From positions 465,999 to 529,998 of the forward strand of contig CBDFII010000004.1 of NCBI GenBank assembly GCA_965248115.1: a stretch of DNA of 64,000 nt. The letters are read 5' to 3'. The first letter of the stretch is position 1. Every line of letters starts with the position of its first letter. Source of the stretch: Dehalococcoidia bacterium (GTDB lineage Bacteria; Chloroflexota; Dehalococcoidia; Lucifugimonadales; CBDFII01). The notes below the pieces were generated by a model. It had not been told where the DNA came from. It ran no database searches and worked only from the letters and a program-made list of their open reading frames with translations. Shown here in pieces: positions 27,965 to 37,163 of the stretch. The position numbers and the translations under genes were made by a program.

Positions 27965-28948
27965 CTAGAGGCCGAGAACCGTCTTGACAGCTTCAGCTAC
28001 TCTACTGGAGTCGGGAATAGCAGCTTTCTCCAGCACCTGTGAATAAGGCATGGGCACCTCGTCCCCAGCTACCCGCTCTACAGGGGCGTCCAGATAATCG
28101 AAGGCGCAGTACTGGAGCTGGCTGGCCACCTCCGCCCCCACACCTCCCGTCTTCCATCCCTCCTCCACGATAACAGCCCGATGGGTCTTGCGTACCGACT
28201 GGATGACGGTCTCCATATCCAGGGGTCTGAGGGTCCGGAGGTCTACCACCTCGGCTTCTATACCCTCATCAGAAAGTTGGGCAGCAGCAGCCAGGGCAAC
28301 TTGGGTCATTAAGGAATAAGTGACGATGGTAACATCGCTGCCCGGGCGTTTTACGTCGGCCACCCCTAGGGGTATCTTGTAGTGGTCCTCGGCCACCTCG
28401 CCTAGGCTACTGTACAGGAGAATATGCTCAACGAACATAATGGGGTCCATCAGGTCACGACAAGAGCGAAAGAGACCAAGGGCGTCGTAAGGGGTGGAGG
28501 GGACCACTACCCGGAGACCCGGTACCGAGGCGAACCAGCCTTCTAGGCACTGGGAGTGAGTGGCGGCTAGTTGGGCTCCACCGCCAGTGACGGTACGCAT
28601 GATTAACGGAACCGATATCTGGCCTCCTGACATGTAGCGTAGCTTTGCGGCGTGGTTTACGATCTGGTCCATAGCGAGAAGGCTGAAGTTTATGGTCATT
28701 ATCTCCACCACGGGCCTGAGGCCTGCCATGGCTGCCCCGACCCCAGCACCTACAATGGCCGACTCGGAGAGGGGCGAGTCCTTGATACGTCGAGGCCCGA
28801 ACTCCTCTATGAGTCCCTTGGTCACGGCGTAGGCACCCCCATAGGGACCGATATCCTCCCCCATCAGGAACACTCGCTCGTCCTCGTCAAGGGCCTCCCG
28901 TAAAGCCCGTTGGACAGCTTCGCGATAGTTTATCTCCGCCATAGCCAC
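27965..28948 (-). CDS. 2-oxoacid dehydrogenase E1 component beta subunit
   Basis: 327 aa with transketolase-like pyrimidine-binding and C-terminal domains (F.MGEDIG.YGGA...T.GL). Substrate (pyruvate, acetoin or branched-chain) cannot be decided from the sequence alone. Confidence 0.9.
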   Translation of the reverse strand: MAMAEINYREAVQRALREALDEDERVFLMGEDIGPYGGAYAVTKGLIEEFGPRRIKDSPLSESAIVGAGVGAAMAGLRPVVEIMTINFSLLAMDQIVNHAAKLRYMSGGQISVPLIMRTVTGGGAQLAATHSQCLEGWFASVPGLRVVVPSTPYDALGLFRSCRDLMDPIMFVEHILLYSSLGEVAEDHYKIPLGVADVKRPGSDVTIVTYSLMTQVALAAAAQLSDEGIEAEVVDLRTLRPLDMETVIQSVRKTHRAVIVEEGWKTGGVGAEVASQLQYCAFDYLDAPVERVAGDEVPMPYSQVLEKAAIPDSSRVAEAVKTVLGL

Positions 28949-28951
28949 CTC

Positions 28952-29935
28952 TTATGTTGATGGGGCGTATACGTTTTCATGTAGAGCCGAGGGTGGGGGG
29001 AAGGGGCTTTCATCGGCGTACTTGACTGCCTCCACCACCTCTCTATCCACCAACTCCTCAATCTCCACCAGCTCTGGCTCCGAGGCTACCTCAAGTCCCA
29101 GCATCTTCTGTCTGAACAGTAGCAAAGGGTCTCGCTGCATCCAGTACTCAAGCTCTTCCCGGGACCGGTAGCCGGCGGGGTCGGCTATCGAGTGGCCACG
29201 GAACCTGTAGGTTAGCGCCTCGAGAAATATGGGCCCTTCACCGTTGCGAACGTGCTCTACGGCATCCAGGGTCTTCTCGCGCACCTCCAGCACGTCCATA
29301 CCATCTATCTGTCGCCCTGGCATCCGATAGGCATCTGCAAGTTTATAGATCTCCTCGTGGATGGCTACCGTAGCAGAAGCAGCGGCGCCCATGCCGTAGA
29401 GGTTGTTCTCGCAGAAGAATATAACAGGTAGCTTCCAGATGGAGGCCAAGTTCATGGATTCGTGGAACTCCCCCTCGTTAAGGGCCCCATCCCCCAGGAA
29501 GCACAGAACCACCCGGTTCTCCTCATTGTAGCTGACGGACAACGCCAGACCAGTAGCGATGGGCAACTGACCACCTACGATGGCGTAGCCCCCCATGAAG
29601 TTTTTAGAGACATCGAAGAGGTGCATAGAGCCACCCTTTCCCTTGCTGCAACCCGTTTCCTTCCCGAATAGCTCGGCCATCACCACTTTGCTTTCCAGCC
29701 CCCGGGCAAGGGCCTGGCCATGGTCTCGATAGTGGGTCACCACATAATCCTCGGGTCTAAGGGCGGAGATGGCCCCTACTGCGATGGCCTCCTCACCAAT
29801 GTATAGATGCAGGAAGCCTCGGATCTTTTGCATCATGTACTGACGGCTGCACTCCTCCTCGAACGCTCGCAGCAGACGCATCTGGCGGTACAAATCTAGG
29901 AGCTGGGTCTTATCTATTCGCTCCTGTACCTTCAT
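28952..29935 (-). CDS. 2-oxoacid dehydrogenase E1 component alpha subunit (TPP-binding)
   Basis: YRDHG..LARG, GKGGSMH and the GDGA.NEG TPP motif. ATG at 29935 is preferred over the GTG at 29950, which lies inside the AAGGTGGGG RBS. Confidence 0.9.
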   Translation of the reverse strand: MKVQERIDKTQLLDLYRQMRLLRAFEEECSRQYMMQKIRGFLHLYIGEEAIAVGAISALRPEDYVVTHYRDHGQALARGLESKVVMAELFGKETGCSKGKGGSMHLFDVSKNFMGGYAIVGGQLPIATGLALSVSYNEENRVVLCFLGDGALNEGEFHESMNLASIWKLPVIFFCENNLYGMGAAASATVAIHEEIYKLADAYRMPGRQIDGMDVLEVREKTLDAVEHVRNGEGPIFLEALTYRFRGHSIADPAGYRSREELEYWMQRDPLLLFRQKMLGLEVASEPELVEIEELVDREVVEAVKYADESPFPPPSALHENVYAPST

Positions 29936-29980
29936 ATTATTTGACCCCACCTTTCTAACGTCTAACCTTCATCCCTGTAA

Positions 29981-31369
29981 TCATACATGTATAGCCTGGC
30001 CATTGGCAGCCAGGGCTGCCTCCTTTAAGGCCTCTGAGATAGTAGGGTGGGCGTGAACCATCCACCCCAACTCCAGGGTGGTGCCCTCCAGCAGCCTCAC
30101 CATAGACACCTCCGCCAGTAGCTCCGTAACCTCGGGGCCAATCATGTGAGCCCCGATAATCTCTCCCGCCCTCCCCTCCACCACCAGCTTTATCATTCCA
30201 TTGCTGTCGCCGATAGCCAGCGCCTTCCCGCTGGCCTGCAAGGGAAACTTGCCCACCTTAACATCATATCCCTGCTCTCGGGCCTCCTTCTCGGTGAGAC
30301 CGAAACTAGCCACCTGGGGTATGCAGTAGGTCGCCCTTGGCATGGAAATGTAATCCAGGGGCTGGGTCTCCATACCGGCGATGTGCTCCACCGCCGCTAT
30401 CCCCTGGGCCGTTGCCACGTGGGCCAGCAGCAGAATACCCGTCACATCTCCAATAGCGTACACTCCTGGTACGTTAGTAGCCATTGTGCCGTCAATCTTT
30501 ATAAAGCCCTTTTCAGTGACCACATCCATCCGCTCCAGCCCCATATTCTCAGTGTTACCCTTAACGCCAACGGCCACGAGCACCTTCTGGCAGTTCAGAT
30601 CCTCCTCTCCATCGGGGGTCTCAAGCTTTACCGCGGCTCCACCATCGGTAGGGACCATCCCTGAAACTTTGGAGCGAGTCCTCACAGTGATACCCTGAGA
30701 GGAGAGGGATTGCTCCAACTGCTGGCTTATCTCCTCATCCTCCTTGGGAAGCAAATGAGGAAGTAGCTCCACCACCGTCACCTTCACCCCGTAAGCGTTG
30801 TAAAGGTAGGCGAACTCTACCCCCGTGGCCCCTCCCCCTACAATGACGATAGACTGGGGTAACTCCCGCAGCTCCAGGGCCTCGCGGCTGGTAATAACCA
30901 GCTCTCCATCGATGGGCAAGGGAGGAATGGTGCTGGCACGTGCCCCTGTGGCGATGACAACGTTTCTGGTACTTAACACTCTACCGTCTGGAGAGAGCTC
31001 GACAGAATGGCTGTCCCGCAGCCTGGCTGTCCCCGGTATGTGCTCCACTCCGTTCTTCTTTAAAAGAAAAGCGACGCCTTGGGTAAGGCGCCGCACTACC
31101 TGGCGACTTCGATCAATGGCCTTCCCGTAGTCTACCCGAAGATTATCAAAATAAAACCCGTAGGCTTCCGAGTTGCGCAGTAGGGATAGAACCTCTGCGT
31201 TTTTTATCAGGGCCTTACTGGGAATGCACCCCCAGTTTAGACACACTCCACCCAATTCGTCCCTCTCCACCACCGCCGTCTTCAGACCCAGTTGTCCCGC
31301 TCGAATACCAGCGACGTAACCCCCCGGCCCACCTCCAATTACAACCACATCGTAGTCTGCGTCCATCAC
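29981..31369 (-). CDS. lpdA: Dihydrolipoyl dehydrogenase (E3)
   Basis: GGGPGGY FAD-binding motif, the redox-active disulfide GGVCLNWGCIPSK, and the C-terminal HAHPT.SE dimerisation motif. Confidence 0.9.
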   Translation of the reverse strand: MMDADYDVVVIGGGPGGYVAGIRAGQLGLKTAVVERDELGGVCLNWGCIPSKALIKNAEVLSLLRNSEAYGFYFDNLRVDYGKAIDRSRQVVRRLTQGVAFLLKKNGVEHIPGTARLRDSHSVELSPDGRVLSTRNVVIATGARASTIPPLPIDGELVITSREALELRELPQSIVIVGGGATGVEFAYLYNAYGVKVTVVELLPHLLPKEDEEISQQLEQSLSSQGITVRTRSKVSGMVPTDGGAAVKLETPDGEEDLNCQKVLVAVGVKGNTENMGLERMDVVTEKGFIKIDGTMATNVPGVYAIGDVTGILLLAHVATAQGIAAVEHIAGMETQPLDYISMPRATYCIPQVASFGLTEKEAREQGYDVKVGKFPLQASGKALAIGDSNGMIKLVVEGRAGEIIGAHMIGPEVTELLAEVSMVRLLEGTTLELGWMVHAHPTISEALKEAALAANGQAIHV

Positions 31370-31617
31370 CTACCCTCTACGAGCTGGGAGACCCGCACGC
31401 CAGAGGTGCCGCTGACACCAGCTTTAGATTCATTATACAAAGCATGCGATAGCTATTCAAGGACACCAAAGGCATATAGGCACAGGATTTGCTACCCTCA
31501 ATACCCCGTCAGCAAAAGAAAAAGTTTACAATCACTGCACCCATGTAAACGATTGCGTTAGAGGATGTTTTCCTGTTACTATATTAGCTAGAGTAGCTTT
31601 GGGTATAAGGGGGAAGA

Positions 31618-31821
31618 GTGCCGAAATTAGGGCCGCTGGAACTGGCCATAATTCTGGTCATCGTGCTATTGATCTTTGGGGTAGGAAGACTACCTCAGGT
31701 AGGCTCCTCCTTGGGCCGCAGCATGCGGGCCTTCAAGCGGGCCATTACCGGCGAGGATGAGGGTGGTGTAGAGGAGGAGGTTAAGGAGCCCGCACCCCGA
31801 ACAAGGAAGAAAAAGGGCTGA
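31618..31821 (+). CDS. tatA: Twin-arginine translocase TatA/E family protein
   Basis: 67 aa with an N-terminal TM helix plus amphipathic helix (GPLELAIILVIVLLIFGVGRLPQVGSSLGRSMRAFKRA). GTG start. Confidence 0.85.
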   Translation: MPKLGPLELAIILVIVLLIFGVGRLPQVGSSLGRSMRAFKRAITGEDEGGVEEEVKEPAPRTRKKKG

Positions 31822-31997
31822 GCACGCTATCTACCTGTTTCCTACTAGCCAGTAATTGATAGTTTCTTGTTAACCCTTTCCTGATTAGTAGATTAGAAAT
31901 CGTACTGCCCTCCCGTATCTTGTCGAAGAGTGAGCGAACAACTACATGAGTCATTAGTAATCAGGATCGGCTTTAGTATTTTCTCCGCTCTGTTACC

Positions 31998-32768
31998 TCA
32001 GGAGCCTGGCGTTTCAGCTACTTGCGCAACCTCTTTAGTTCTACCCACCCCACCCAGCTTGGCCAGCCAAATTCCCGCCTCGTAGAGCACGATGAGGGGC
32101 ACAGCCACGAGGATCTGGTTTATGGGGTCGAAGGTGGGTGTTATTATGGCACCCAAGATGAAGGCTACCACAACCCAGTAACGGCGCCATCTGGCTAAAG
32201 AGCGGTGGGAAACGATCCCCAGCCTGGCCAGAAGGAACATCACCAAAGGGGTCTCGAACACCACCCCCATCCAGAACAGCAGCCTCACCATCAGGTTGAC
32301 ATAGTTGCCTATCCTGATCATGGGCGTGGCTATGTCGGAGCCGAGCTGAAGCAGGAAGTTAATGGCAGGGGGAATGAGGACAAAGTAGGCAAAGGCAGCG
32401 CCCCCAACAAAGGCCATAAGGACCCCGGGCATAAAGGCCAGAAGGTAGCGACGCTCCCTGGTGGTGAGCCCGGGCGCTACGAACATTATTACCTGATATA
32501 GGATCACTGGAGAAGCCAGTACCACGCCCGACATTAAGGCTACTTTAAATGTAACGGCTAGCATCTCCGTGACCTCGGTGAACACCAGACCAGCGCCACC
32601 CGCAGCAGGAGAGTTCAGAGTTTCGGCAGGGCGGAGGAGAAAACGGATAATGTGTTTATAAAATATGAAGGATATAGAGGTGGCAACCACCCACGTTAAA
32701 GCGGCGATGAGAAGCCTAATCCGTAGCTCATCCAGATGCTCACGCAGCGAGAGAGACCTGTCCTTCAA
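31998..32768 (-). CDS. tatC: Twin-arginine translocase subunit TatC
   Basis: 256 aa with 6 TM segments and the N-terminal L.EHL.ELR.RL motif. Confidence 0.9.
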   Translation of the reverse strand: MKDRSLSLREHLDELRIRLLIAALTWVVATSISFIFYKHIIRFLLRPAETLNSPAAGGAGLVFTEVTEMLAVTFKVALMSGVVLASPVILYQVIMFVAPGLTTRERRYLLAFMPGVLMAFVGGAAFAYFVLIPPAINFLLQLGSDIATPMIRIGNYVNLMVRLLFWMGVVFETPLVMFLLARLGIVSHRSLARWRRYWVVVAFILGAIITPTFDPINQILVAVPLIVLYEAGIWLAKLGGVGRTKEVAQVAETPGS

Positions 32769-33007
32769 CGCTCTCCCTCTGATCTATGCCCACCCGGATT
32801 GTCATCTTGACCGATATCGCTTCGATCTTTAGACGTCGATTCTATATCATCTAAGGTATCGGAGAGGTTACCCACCGTCTGCTGCAACTCCCGCACTATC
32901 CGTCCTGCGTTACGAGCTGCATGTATGGTCTGGGCAGGCCCCAGTATTAACAGACCCACCAGCACCACTATCAAAAGTTCCAGGGGCCCTATACCTAAGA
33001 AGTCCAA
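32765..33007 (-). CDS. TatA/TatB-like translocase protein
   Basis: LDFLGIGPLELLIVVLVGLLILGP... is a TatA/B-type N-terminus. A TTG start at 33007 preceded by GGGGAG is preferred over the track start at 33043. It overlaps the tatC start by 4 nt. Confidence 0.65.
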   Translation of the reverse strand: MDFLGIGPLELLIVVLVGLLILGPAQTIHAARNAGRIVRELQQTVGNLSDTLDDIESTSKDRSDIGQDDNPGGHRSEGER

Positions 33008-34914
33008 GTTCTCCCCTCTCTCGCTTGAGCGCACAGGGAGCACTTGGAAGGGTCTTCGATAGAAATCCTATCATTTTGAACTAGGTTATTCTCCTTAAGA
33101 AGCTCCAATAGAGTGCAAAGGGGCAGCCCCATGATGTTGGTATAGCAACCCTCTATCCGAGCCGCGGGGCGCAATACCGAATCTTGGACAGCGTAAGCGC
33201 CTGCTTTGTCCAAAGGCTCGCCGGACGCCACGTAATCCTCCAGCTCTTGAGACGAGAATTCCCGCATAAAGACCGTGCTAGTCCGGCTGGCAGTGACCGA
33301 TCGCCCTGTGGCACTATCTATCGCCGCCACCCCAGTTACCACCCGATGCTCGCTCCCTCGCAGCTTTTGTAGCATTTGCCTGGCTTGCGTCGAGTCCTCA
33401 GGTTTGCCCAGAACCTCACCATCCAACAACACCACCACCGAGTCCGCTCCCACCACAAAGCCTCTGTCAAACCCTTGCGCCACCGATGAGGCCTTAGCTA
33501 GTGCCAGACGTACTACCAGCTCCTCCGGTGTCTCCCCGGGGCGAACCTCTTCTTCCACATGGGGGTCCACCGTTCTAAACGGTAGTCTCAGAAGGGGCAG
33601 AAGTTGCTGGCGGCGAGGCGAGGTCGAAGCCAGCACCAGGGGCAGCTTATCTACACTTTTGGATTCAGGGCCAGCCTCAGGCATCGCAGAAGATTTGGAT
33701 GAATCCAGGTCGACGGAACCGCTAGTCCCCTGATAAGCCAGAGTGGCTACGCACTCCACGAGATGAGTCTGAGGGAACATATCGATAGGTTGCACCTGCT
33801 CCAGAGAAAAGGGGCCATCGCAAAGCAAGCGCAGATCTCGAGCCAGGGTAGCAGGGTCACACGAGACGTACGCTACACGTGTGGGCCCCAGTTGGGCCAG
33901 AGTTTCCAGAGTCTTGGGATGACAGCCCGTTCTGGGAGGGTCCAGGATCACCCCATCTGGCCTTTGAGCCATTCCCGCCAGCACCTCTTCCGTCTTTCCC
34001 TGCAAAAACTCTACGTTACTTATTCCCTCAGCGTTCACCAAGGCGTCTTGCACAGCTGACTTCGACTCCTCTATGGCAATGACCCTCTCAGTATAAGGAG
34101 CCAGCAGGATGGCGAAGGTGCCCACCCCAGCATAGGCATCCACCAGGAGCTCACTTCCCGTTAACCTTAGGGCCTCTTTCACTACCTCCACCATCCTTTC
34201 GGCCTGAGCAGTGTTCACCTGAAAAAAGGAAGAGGAGGAAATGCGAAAGGAGCGACCCGCCAGGGTGTCCCAGTAATGTTTCTGACCTGAAGGAAGGGGG
34301 AAATCGCCACTACGAAAGGTGGGCTGAATAAGAAAGTCATCGGTAGCCTCACCGTGGCGGATGGATGCTTGGGTGGTCTCACCACACTTGCCTTGTAGCT
34401 GCTCCAGGGCACCGTTGATCCAGGGATTCATCAGCATGCACTGACTGATGACCACACGTTGCTGCGTCTCTCGGTTCACGTAACACAGCTCACCATTCGC
34501 CCCCACCGTCAGACGTGCATGGTTTCGATAGTAATATTGCTTAGGTGACAGTATGACTGGTGCTACCGGTGGCCCGGAGAAGCCTCCAATGCGGCAAAGG
34601 GCGTCTACCACTTTCTGGCGCTTTAGCTCCAATTGGTGCTGATAATCTATGTGCTGCCACTGGCACCCGGTGCATGGACCAAAGTAGGGACATGGAGCCT
34701 CAACACGTTGAGAGGAAGGACTAAGCACCTCCACCACTCTAGCCGCTACATACTTGCGGCGGCTTTTAAGCACCTCTGCTATCACCTCTTCACCAGGCAC
34801 TCCTCCAAAGACGAACATTAGCTGGCCATCGTAGGAGGCATGGGCCTCTCCCAGTCTCCCCCAACCATCAAGTAGCAGCCGTACTCGCTCCCCAACCTCT
34901 AATCGTCCATTCAT
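32995..34914 (-). CDS. Fusion protein: RlmD/RumA-type m5U RNA methyltransferase (TRAM + Fe-S + SAM MTase) with C-terminal Maf nucleotide pyrophosphatase
   Basis: Single 639-aa frame. Residues 1-400 carry CPYFGPCTGCQWQH, DAYAGVGTF, DPPRTG and YVSCDPATLARD. Residues ~430-639 carry LVLASTSPRRQQLL, GADSVV and AGAYAVQD, which are Maf hallmarks. No stop codon between the two parts. Confidence 0.8.
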   Translation of the reverse strand: MNGRLEVGERVRLLLDGWGRLGEAHASYDGQLMFVFGGVPGEEVIAEVLKSRRKYVAARVVEVLSPSSQRVEAPCPYFGPCTGCQWQHIDYQHQLELKRQKVVDALCRIGGFSGPPVAPVILSPKQYYYRNHARLTVGANGELCYVNRETQQRVVISQCMLMNPWINGALEQLQGKCGETTQASIRHGEATDDFLIQPTFRSGDFPLPSGQKHYWDTLAGRSFRISSSSFFQVNTAQAERMVEVVKEALRLTGSELLVDAYAGVGTFAILLAPYTERVIAIEESKSAVQDALVNAEGISNVEFLQGKTEEVLAGMAQRPDGVILDPPRTGCHPKTLETLAQLGPTRVAYVSCDPATLARDLRLLCDGPFSLEQVQPIDMFPQTHLVECVATLAYQGTSGSVDLDSSKSSAMPEAGPESKSVDKLPLVLASTSPRRQQLLPLLRLPFRTVDPHVEEEVRPGETPEELVVRLALAKASSVAQGFDRGFVVGADSVVVLLDGEVLGKPEDSTQARQMLQKLRGSEHRVVTGVAAIDSATGRSVTASRTSTVFMREFSSQELEDYVASGEPLDKAGAYAVQDSVLRPAARIEGCYTNIMGLPLCTLLELLKENNLVQNDRISIEDPSKCSLCAQAREGRTWTS

Positions 34915-35041
34915 CCACTAGCTCCTTGGGTAAACTATAACCCAACCCCTATTGTATGCCAAGGGAAACGTACCTGGACAGTAAAGCTAGATAGGAGGCC
35001 ATAAAACGTGACTGCGACCAATAAGGGGACTAATCGCTAAG

Positions 35042-35068
35042 TTGACCAGAGGCACCATTCAGTATAAA
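35042..35068 (+). promoter_or_regulatory. Candidate promoter for trxA (and possibly selC)
   Basis: TTGACC (35042..35047), a 15-nt spacer, then TATAAA (35063..35068). The spacer is short, hence the low confidence. Confidence 0.3.
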
Positions 35069-35107
35069 CTGGGGCAAGCTGCTACTTCAGTTGCACCTTT
35101 ATAGCCA

Positions 35108-35131
35108 CTTTCTAATCTAATCATTAGAAAG
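35108..35131. promoter_or_regulatory. Perfect 9-6-9 palindrome (operator-like) between the candidate promoter and the trxA RBS
   Basis: CTTTCTAAT-ctaatc-ATTAGAAAG, ending 22 nt before the trxA ATG. Confidence 0.4.
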
Positions 35132-35152
35132 AGAAATTGCGGGAGGAGAATA

Positions 35153-35482
35153 ATGGCCAAACCCTATGCTGTGAGTGACGCCGATTTTTCGGAGAATGTG
35201 GAAAATGCCAAGGTGCCTGTGCTGGTTGACTTCTGGGCCGAGTGGTGTATGCCCTGCAAGATGATCGCTCCAATAGTGGACGAGCTGGCTGAGGAGTACG
35301 ACGGCAAGGTCAACTTTGTCAAGGTGGACGTAGATTCCAGCCCTTCCACTGCTACCAAGTACGGTGTGCGCAGCATCCCTACCCTGCTGATCTTCAAGGA
35401 GGGCAAGCCCGTTCAGCAGGTGGTGGGGGCTGTGCCCAAAAGCGCCCTTAAGGAGAGAATCGAGGCCGCGCTGACCTTGTAG
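35153..35482 (+). CDS. trxA: Thioredoxin
   Basis: 109 aa with VLVDFWAEWCMPCK (WCxPC active site), an IPTL cis-Pro loop and a GGGAGGAG RBS. Confidence 0.9.
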   Translation: MAKPYAVSDADFSENVENAKVPVLVDFWAEWCMPCKMIAPIVDELAEEYDGKVNFVKVDVDSSPSTATKYGVRSIPTLLIFKEGKPVQQVVGAVPKSALKERIEAALTL

Positions 35483-35507
35483 ACCTCAACACTAGTCATT
35501 ACCTAGT

Positions 35508-35603
35508 GGGGGTGGATGGGGCCCGGTGGCTCTTGCGGACTTCAAATCCGTCGTGCCTCGTTAACCCGGGGTAGGTGGGTTCGACTCCCTCCCACTCCCG
35601 CCA
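35508..35603 (+). tRNA. selC: tRNA-Sec (anticodon UCA)
   Basis: 96 nt folded by hand. 8-bp acceptor stem (GGGGGUGG/CCACUCCC), 6-bp D stem with 4-nt loop (GGGGCC-CGGU-GGCUCU), anticodon loop CUUCAAA and a long variable arm (GCCUCG-UUAACC-CGGGGU). The 5-bp T arm has a UUCGACU loop, followed by G-CCA. The layout is colinear with the E. coli selC tRNA. Confidence 0.9.
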
Positions 35604-35731
35604 AAGCTACCTCGTTGCCGAGAAAGCCCGTCCTTCTTTTAGATATTGCCTTTCCCGAAGAGCTTTTCCTTTAACGTAATGGCGCTCCTATAATCCTCTA
35701 TATTGAAGGCCGCCACAGAGAAAAGGACGAA

Positions 35732-35760
35732 TTGACACCCTTAGGGCTCATTGCTATTAT
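35732..35760 (+). promoter_or_regulatory. Candidate sigma70-type promoter upstream of the LLM gene
   Basis: Consensus TTGACA (35732..35737), a 17-nt spacer, then TATTAT (35755..35760), about 150 nt upstream of the ATG at 35908. Confidence 0.45.
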
Positions 35761-35907
35761 ACAGCCAGTCATTTCAATCTGCGAGGTGGAATCCTTCTCT
35801 CCTAAGTGACGGAGAGACTTTTACGAATTGCTGTAAGTTGATCCCACTCGAATATAGACCTAATCTCCAACGCAACATAGGAAAAACTCAGGAAGGAGAA
35901 TGATAAT

Positions 35908-37077
35908 ATGACCCTTCCAGCTAGATTAAAGTTCGGTGTCTTTCTGGCACCCTTCCACCGAGTTGGTGAGAACCCCACCCTCGCCCTGGAACGCGACCTG
36001 GAGCTCCTCCAGTGGCTCGATATGTTGGGCTTCGATGAGGCTTACATCGGGGAGCACCACAGCGCAGGCTGGGAGACCATCCCATCTCCTGAGCTCTTCA
36101 TCGCCACCGCCGCTGAGCGCACCCGACACATTCGCCTGGGCACCGGAGTGACCAGCCTCCCCTACCACCACCCCTTCATGGTGGCCAGCCGTATGGTGCT
36201 GCTAGACCACCTCACACGGGGTCGAGTGATCCTGGGAGTGGGGCCTGGGGCCCTGGCCCCCGACGCCTATATGTTGGGTATAGACCCCGAGCGTCAACGG
36301 GACATGATGGACGAGGCCCTGGGAATAATCATCCGCCTCTTTGAAGAGACGGAGCCCGTCACCTACAAAAGCGATTGGTTCGAACTGCGGGAGGCTGTTC
36401 TTCAGCTACGACCTTACCAGCAACCCACAATACCTATTGTTACAGCAGCAACCCAATCGCCCGCCGGAGTGAGGCTGGCAGGCAAGCACGGCCTGACAGT
36501 TCTCACCATGATTGCGCCGGGAGTTGGTTCGAATGCGCAAGAGGTGACGCCGAAGGACCTTTGGGCCATCGCCGAGGAGTCAGCGGCGGAGCATGGTAAA
36601 GAGGTACGTCGCGAAGACTGGGGGCTAGTAATAAGCGTACATCTGGCCGAGAGCCGTAAAGAGGCCATCGAGGATATCCGTTTGGGAGGAGCCCGCCTGC
36701 TCACCGAGTACTCCGGCGAGACTCTAGGTCAGCCACTCCCCGATTGCTCCTTCGATAATATAGCGGACCACATGATCGAAAACAACAGCTGGGTCGTGGG
36801 CACCCCAGACGATTGTATCGAAGCTATCTACCGCCTTGACGAGGAGAGCGGTGGCTATGGAAGATTTATGGTGCGGGTGGAGGACTGGGCCCCCAGGGGA
36901 AAGGTGCTGCACAGCTACGAGCTGCTGGCCCGCTACGTCATGCCCCATTTCCAGGGCAGCTTGACAGGCATCATCAACTCCAACCGCTGGGTCAGTGAAA
37001 AGCGAGAGATGCTCCAGGAACATCGACGCCAGGGCATAGAGCGGGCCCGGGCCGCCTACTACGCCCGCAGCCGATAG
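35908..37077 (+). CDS. LLM-class flavin-dependent monooxygenase/oxidoreductase
   Basis: 389 aa. KFGVFL.PFH, GFDEAYIGEHHS and R.RLGTGV.SLPYHHP are typical of the luciferase-like family. GGAAGGAGA RBS. Confidence 0.85.
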   Translation: MTLPARLKFGVFLAPFHRVGENPTLALERDLELLQWLDMLGFDEAYIGEHHSAGWETIPSPELFIATAAERTRHIRLGTGVTSLPYHHPFMVASRMVLLDHLTRGRVILGVGPGALAPDAYMLGIDPERQRDMMDEALGIIIRLFEETEPVTYKSDWFELREAVLQLRPYQQPTIPIVTAATQSPAGVRLAGKHGLTVLTMIAPGVGSNAQEVTPKDLWAIAEESAAEHGKEVRREDWGLVISVHLAESRKEAIEDIRLGGARLLTEYSGETLGQPLPDCSFDNIADHMIENNSWVVGTPDDCIEAIYRLDEESGGYGRFMVRVEDWAPRGKVLHSYELLARYVMPHFQGSLTGIINSNRWVSEKREMLQEHRRQGIERARAAYYARSR

Positions 37078-37163
37078 GATAACCCAAGGTCAGATAAGAT
37101 TATCTGCAATCATTTACGTACAATACGTATAAATAAGTTCGACACAAGACACGAGGTGAAGGG

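Noticed and set aside
26740-31369. Naming the dehydrogenase operon pdhABC-lpd, and treating the E3-first gene order as noteworthy.
   Set aside because: The E1/E2 sequences cannot be assigned by eye to pyruvate, acetoin or branched-chain specificity. Gene order alone is weak evidence of anything unusual.
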